The notes below the pieces were generated by a model. That model saw nothing but the letters and a program-made list of their open reading frames with translations. It searched no databases and was not told the DNA's origin. Shown here in pieces: positions 62,224-64,000 of a stretch of DNA of 64,000 bases (position 1 is its first letter; each line of letters begins with the position of its first letter). The stretch comes from Candidatus Thorarchaeota archaeon (lineage in GTDB: Archaea > Asgardarchaeota > Thorarchaeia > Thorarchaeales > Thorarchaeaceae): NCBI GenBank assembly GCA_019057475.1, contig DXJO01000020.1, positions 96,001-160,000 of the forward strand, in the 5' to 3' direction. The position numbers and the translations under genes are program-made.

Positions 62224-64000
62224 ATGTCTAGACTTAGCAGACTCAAGAAAGCCACCGTAAAATTCCTACGGCAGGTCTTTCACAAACCCAAAGCCAAGAT
62301 CTCGCGAGGCTCCATTATCATAGTTCTCGCATTGACTATCATATTCTTTGTGGCTCTGGGGCTGCGTCTGCAACCCTTACTGAACTCCCAACCTATTGTG
62401 CGCGCTTTCGACCCATGGCTTCAGCTGAAGCTCACGTCGTATATCACAGAGAACGGAATCTCGGCGTTTTTCACGTGGTATGATGACTCCACATGGGTGC
62501 CGTTCGGTCGAGACGTAGCTGCTGGCGTGTACCTTGGAGTGCCGTTCACAACTGCATTCTTCTATTGGTTCTTGAATGCAATCGGTATCAGTGTAGAATT
62601 GATATACGTCGCCATAGTCTTGCCCGCTTTCATGGGAGCACTCACATGTATGGTTATGTTCCTCCTTGGTAGAGAGCTTCACAGCAACAGCGTTGGATTA
62701 TTCAGTGCGCTCTTCATGGCGTTCATTCCAGCTTTCATGCAGAGGACTGTTGTTGGTTTCTTCGACAATGAGTGCATAGGTGTTTTCGCTATTGTCCTCA
62801 CTTCATACTTCTTCATTAGAAGCACAAGGAAAAGCTCTATGCGTTCTGCGGTCGGAGCCGGCCTCTCCCTAGCTTACCTTCTTGGGTCTTGGGGAGCAGC
62901 TGACTTTATGCTCGGCCTTCTTGCTCTCTATGGGTTCTTCATGCTGGTTTCCGGACGATACAGTAGGCGCCTGTTGACTTCCTATCTCATAACACTGAGC
63001 CTTGGCATTTTCTTGGGTGGTCTAGTCCCGCGCAATGGGTTTGGTAATCTCACTTCATTCTCCATGCTCGCCCCGATTGGAGTGGGAGCTCTGCTGGCAG
63101 GTTATGAGATATGGCGGAGGATTGGAGTTTACCGTGAAGCGACTGCCTCCGTACTTGCTCCACATATGAAACCGATTCTGCTCGGTCTGATAACCCCCGT
63201 TGTGGGCGCAGCAGCCTACTTCATCTTTGCAGGAAACGAAGAACTCACCATTAGTCCTTTTCAATCCAACCCGTTCGTCACTCTCGGTGCCAAATTCATG
63301 AGCGTCATCAATCCATTCTTCAGGCTGGATCAACGAATTTTCGCATCAGTTGCGGAGCATCTTCCCAGCCCATGGGGAAGCTTTTACCAGACGTTGCTGG
63401 TCTTGATATTCTTTTTCCCATTAGGGATGTACTTTCTGTTCAAACGGGGTCGTGATGAAGACTGGTTTATCTTTCTATTCGGTCTAACCACCGTCTACTT
63501 CGCAGGGAGTATGATTCGACTTGGACTCATTCTCGCCCCTGCCGTATCAGTCATTGGAGCTGTCGCAGTTTACAGCATCCTCTCTCCGTTCGCCAAAATA
63601 GTAACTCAGCAGTCAGTCTTTGAGAGGCGTCGATTTCGAATCAGCTCAGCACTCACGTCTGAGCACGCGATCGCAGCGTATATGATTGTTGGACTCTTGC
63701 TATCAGTGAACGTGATTCTGGGTGCAGACTATGCCGCTAACATGTCCAACCCCGAATTCTCTCCCGGTGATATTTCCAAGGGCGCAACCCTTACTGACTG
63801 GCCCACCGCAATGACATATATCCGCAATGTATTACCTGACGACGCAATTATCGCTAGCTGGTGGGACTACGGATACTGGATCAATGGTGCAGCGGGTGGG
63901 ACCACTATTGTGGATAACGCAACATGGAACAGTACGCAAATCGCATGGATGGGCTATGCATTAATGGCGCTGAATTTGACGGAGTCACTCAAGACCTTCA
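62224..64000 (+). CDS. aglB: Oligosaccharyltransferase AglB/STT3, truncated by window end and absent from the ORF track
   Basis: Manual translation: AFDPW, W.PFGR, GFFDNE, SVAEH, SWWDYG, VDNATWNSTQI. Confidence 0.95.
   Translation, partial: MSRLSRLKKATVKFLRQVFHKPKAKISRGSIIIVLALTIIFFVALGLRLQPLLNSQPIVRAFDPWLQLKLTSYITENGISAFFTWYDDSTWVPFGRDVAAGVYLGVPFTTAFFYWFLNAIGISVELIYVAIVLPAFMGALTCMVMFLLGRELHSNSVGLFSALFMAFIPAFMQRTVVGFFDNECIGVFAIVLTSYFFIRSTRKSSMRSAVGAGLSLAYLLGSWGAADFMLGLLALYGFFMLVSGRYSRRLLTSYLITLSLGIFLGGLVPRNGFGNLTSFSMLAPIGVGALLAGYEIWRRIGVYREATASVLAPHMKPILLGLITPVVGAAAYFIFAGNEELTISPFQSNPFVTLGAKFMSVINPFFRLDQRIFASVAEHLPSPWGSFYQTLLVLIFFFPLGMYFLFKRGRDEDWFIFLFGLTTVYFAGSMIRLGLILAPAVSVIGAVAVYSILSPFAKIVTQQSVFERRRFRISSALTSEHAIAAYMIVGLLLSVNVILGADYAANMSNPEFSPGDISKGATLTDWPTAMTYIRNVLPDDAIIASWWDYGYWINGAAGGTTIVDNATWNSTQIAWMGYALMALNLTESLKTF

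Overview
Archaeal chromosomal window, most consistent with an Asgard archaeon, probably Thorarchaeia-like. This is an inference from split RpoA'/A'', unsplit RpoB, PolD, Elf1, an Arf-like small GTPase, OSTC- and PAC4-like proteins and intron-rich tRNAs. The first ~10 kb is accessory: an orphan DUF1156 DNA methylase, HEAT-repeat proteins, nitroreductase, SDR, SIS and DinB proteins around intron-containing tRNA-Tyr and tRNA-Asp. The rest is mostly core: the rpoB-rpoA1-rpoA2-L30e-nusA-S12-S7 and tuf region, SRP RNA, aIF5B/ndk/L24e/S28e/L7Ae, rpoD-L18e-L13-S9-rpoN-S2, a modified-mevalonate operon, egsA and carS, a DNA maintenance cluster (RPA, PolD, RadB-like, YqgF-like, XPD, Topo IA), mptE/folP, gcvT/gcvH and a partial aglB/STT3. 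All five tRNA genes carry introns. Main observations not explained by the ORF track: (1) a direct-repeat 3' fragment of tRNA-Tyr that lacks the canonical 37/38 intron but has a different T-loop intron, suggesting integration-mediated intron swapping or a split-tRNA half; (2) a dispersed set of eukaryote-like oligosaccharyltransferase subunit candidates (STT3, OSTC/DC2-like, OST48-like GIFT protein, unannotated 37-aa OST4-like ORF); (3) structured leaders in front of RNA polymerase and ribosomal operons, including a canonical K-turn over the L7Ae Shine-Dalgarno; (4) an SRP RNA with a non-GNRA helix-8 loop; (5) CTG start codons. No CRISPR array, rRNA or intact mobile element was seen. All protein calls come from manual motif recognition; no database searches were run.
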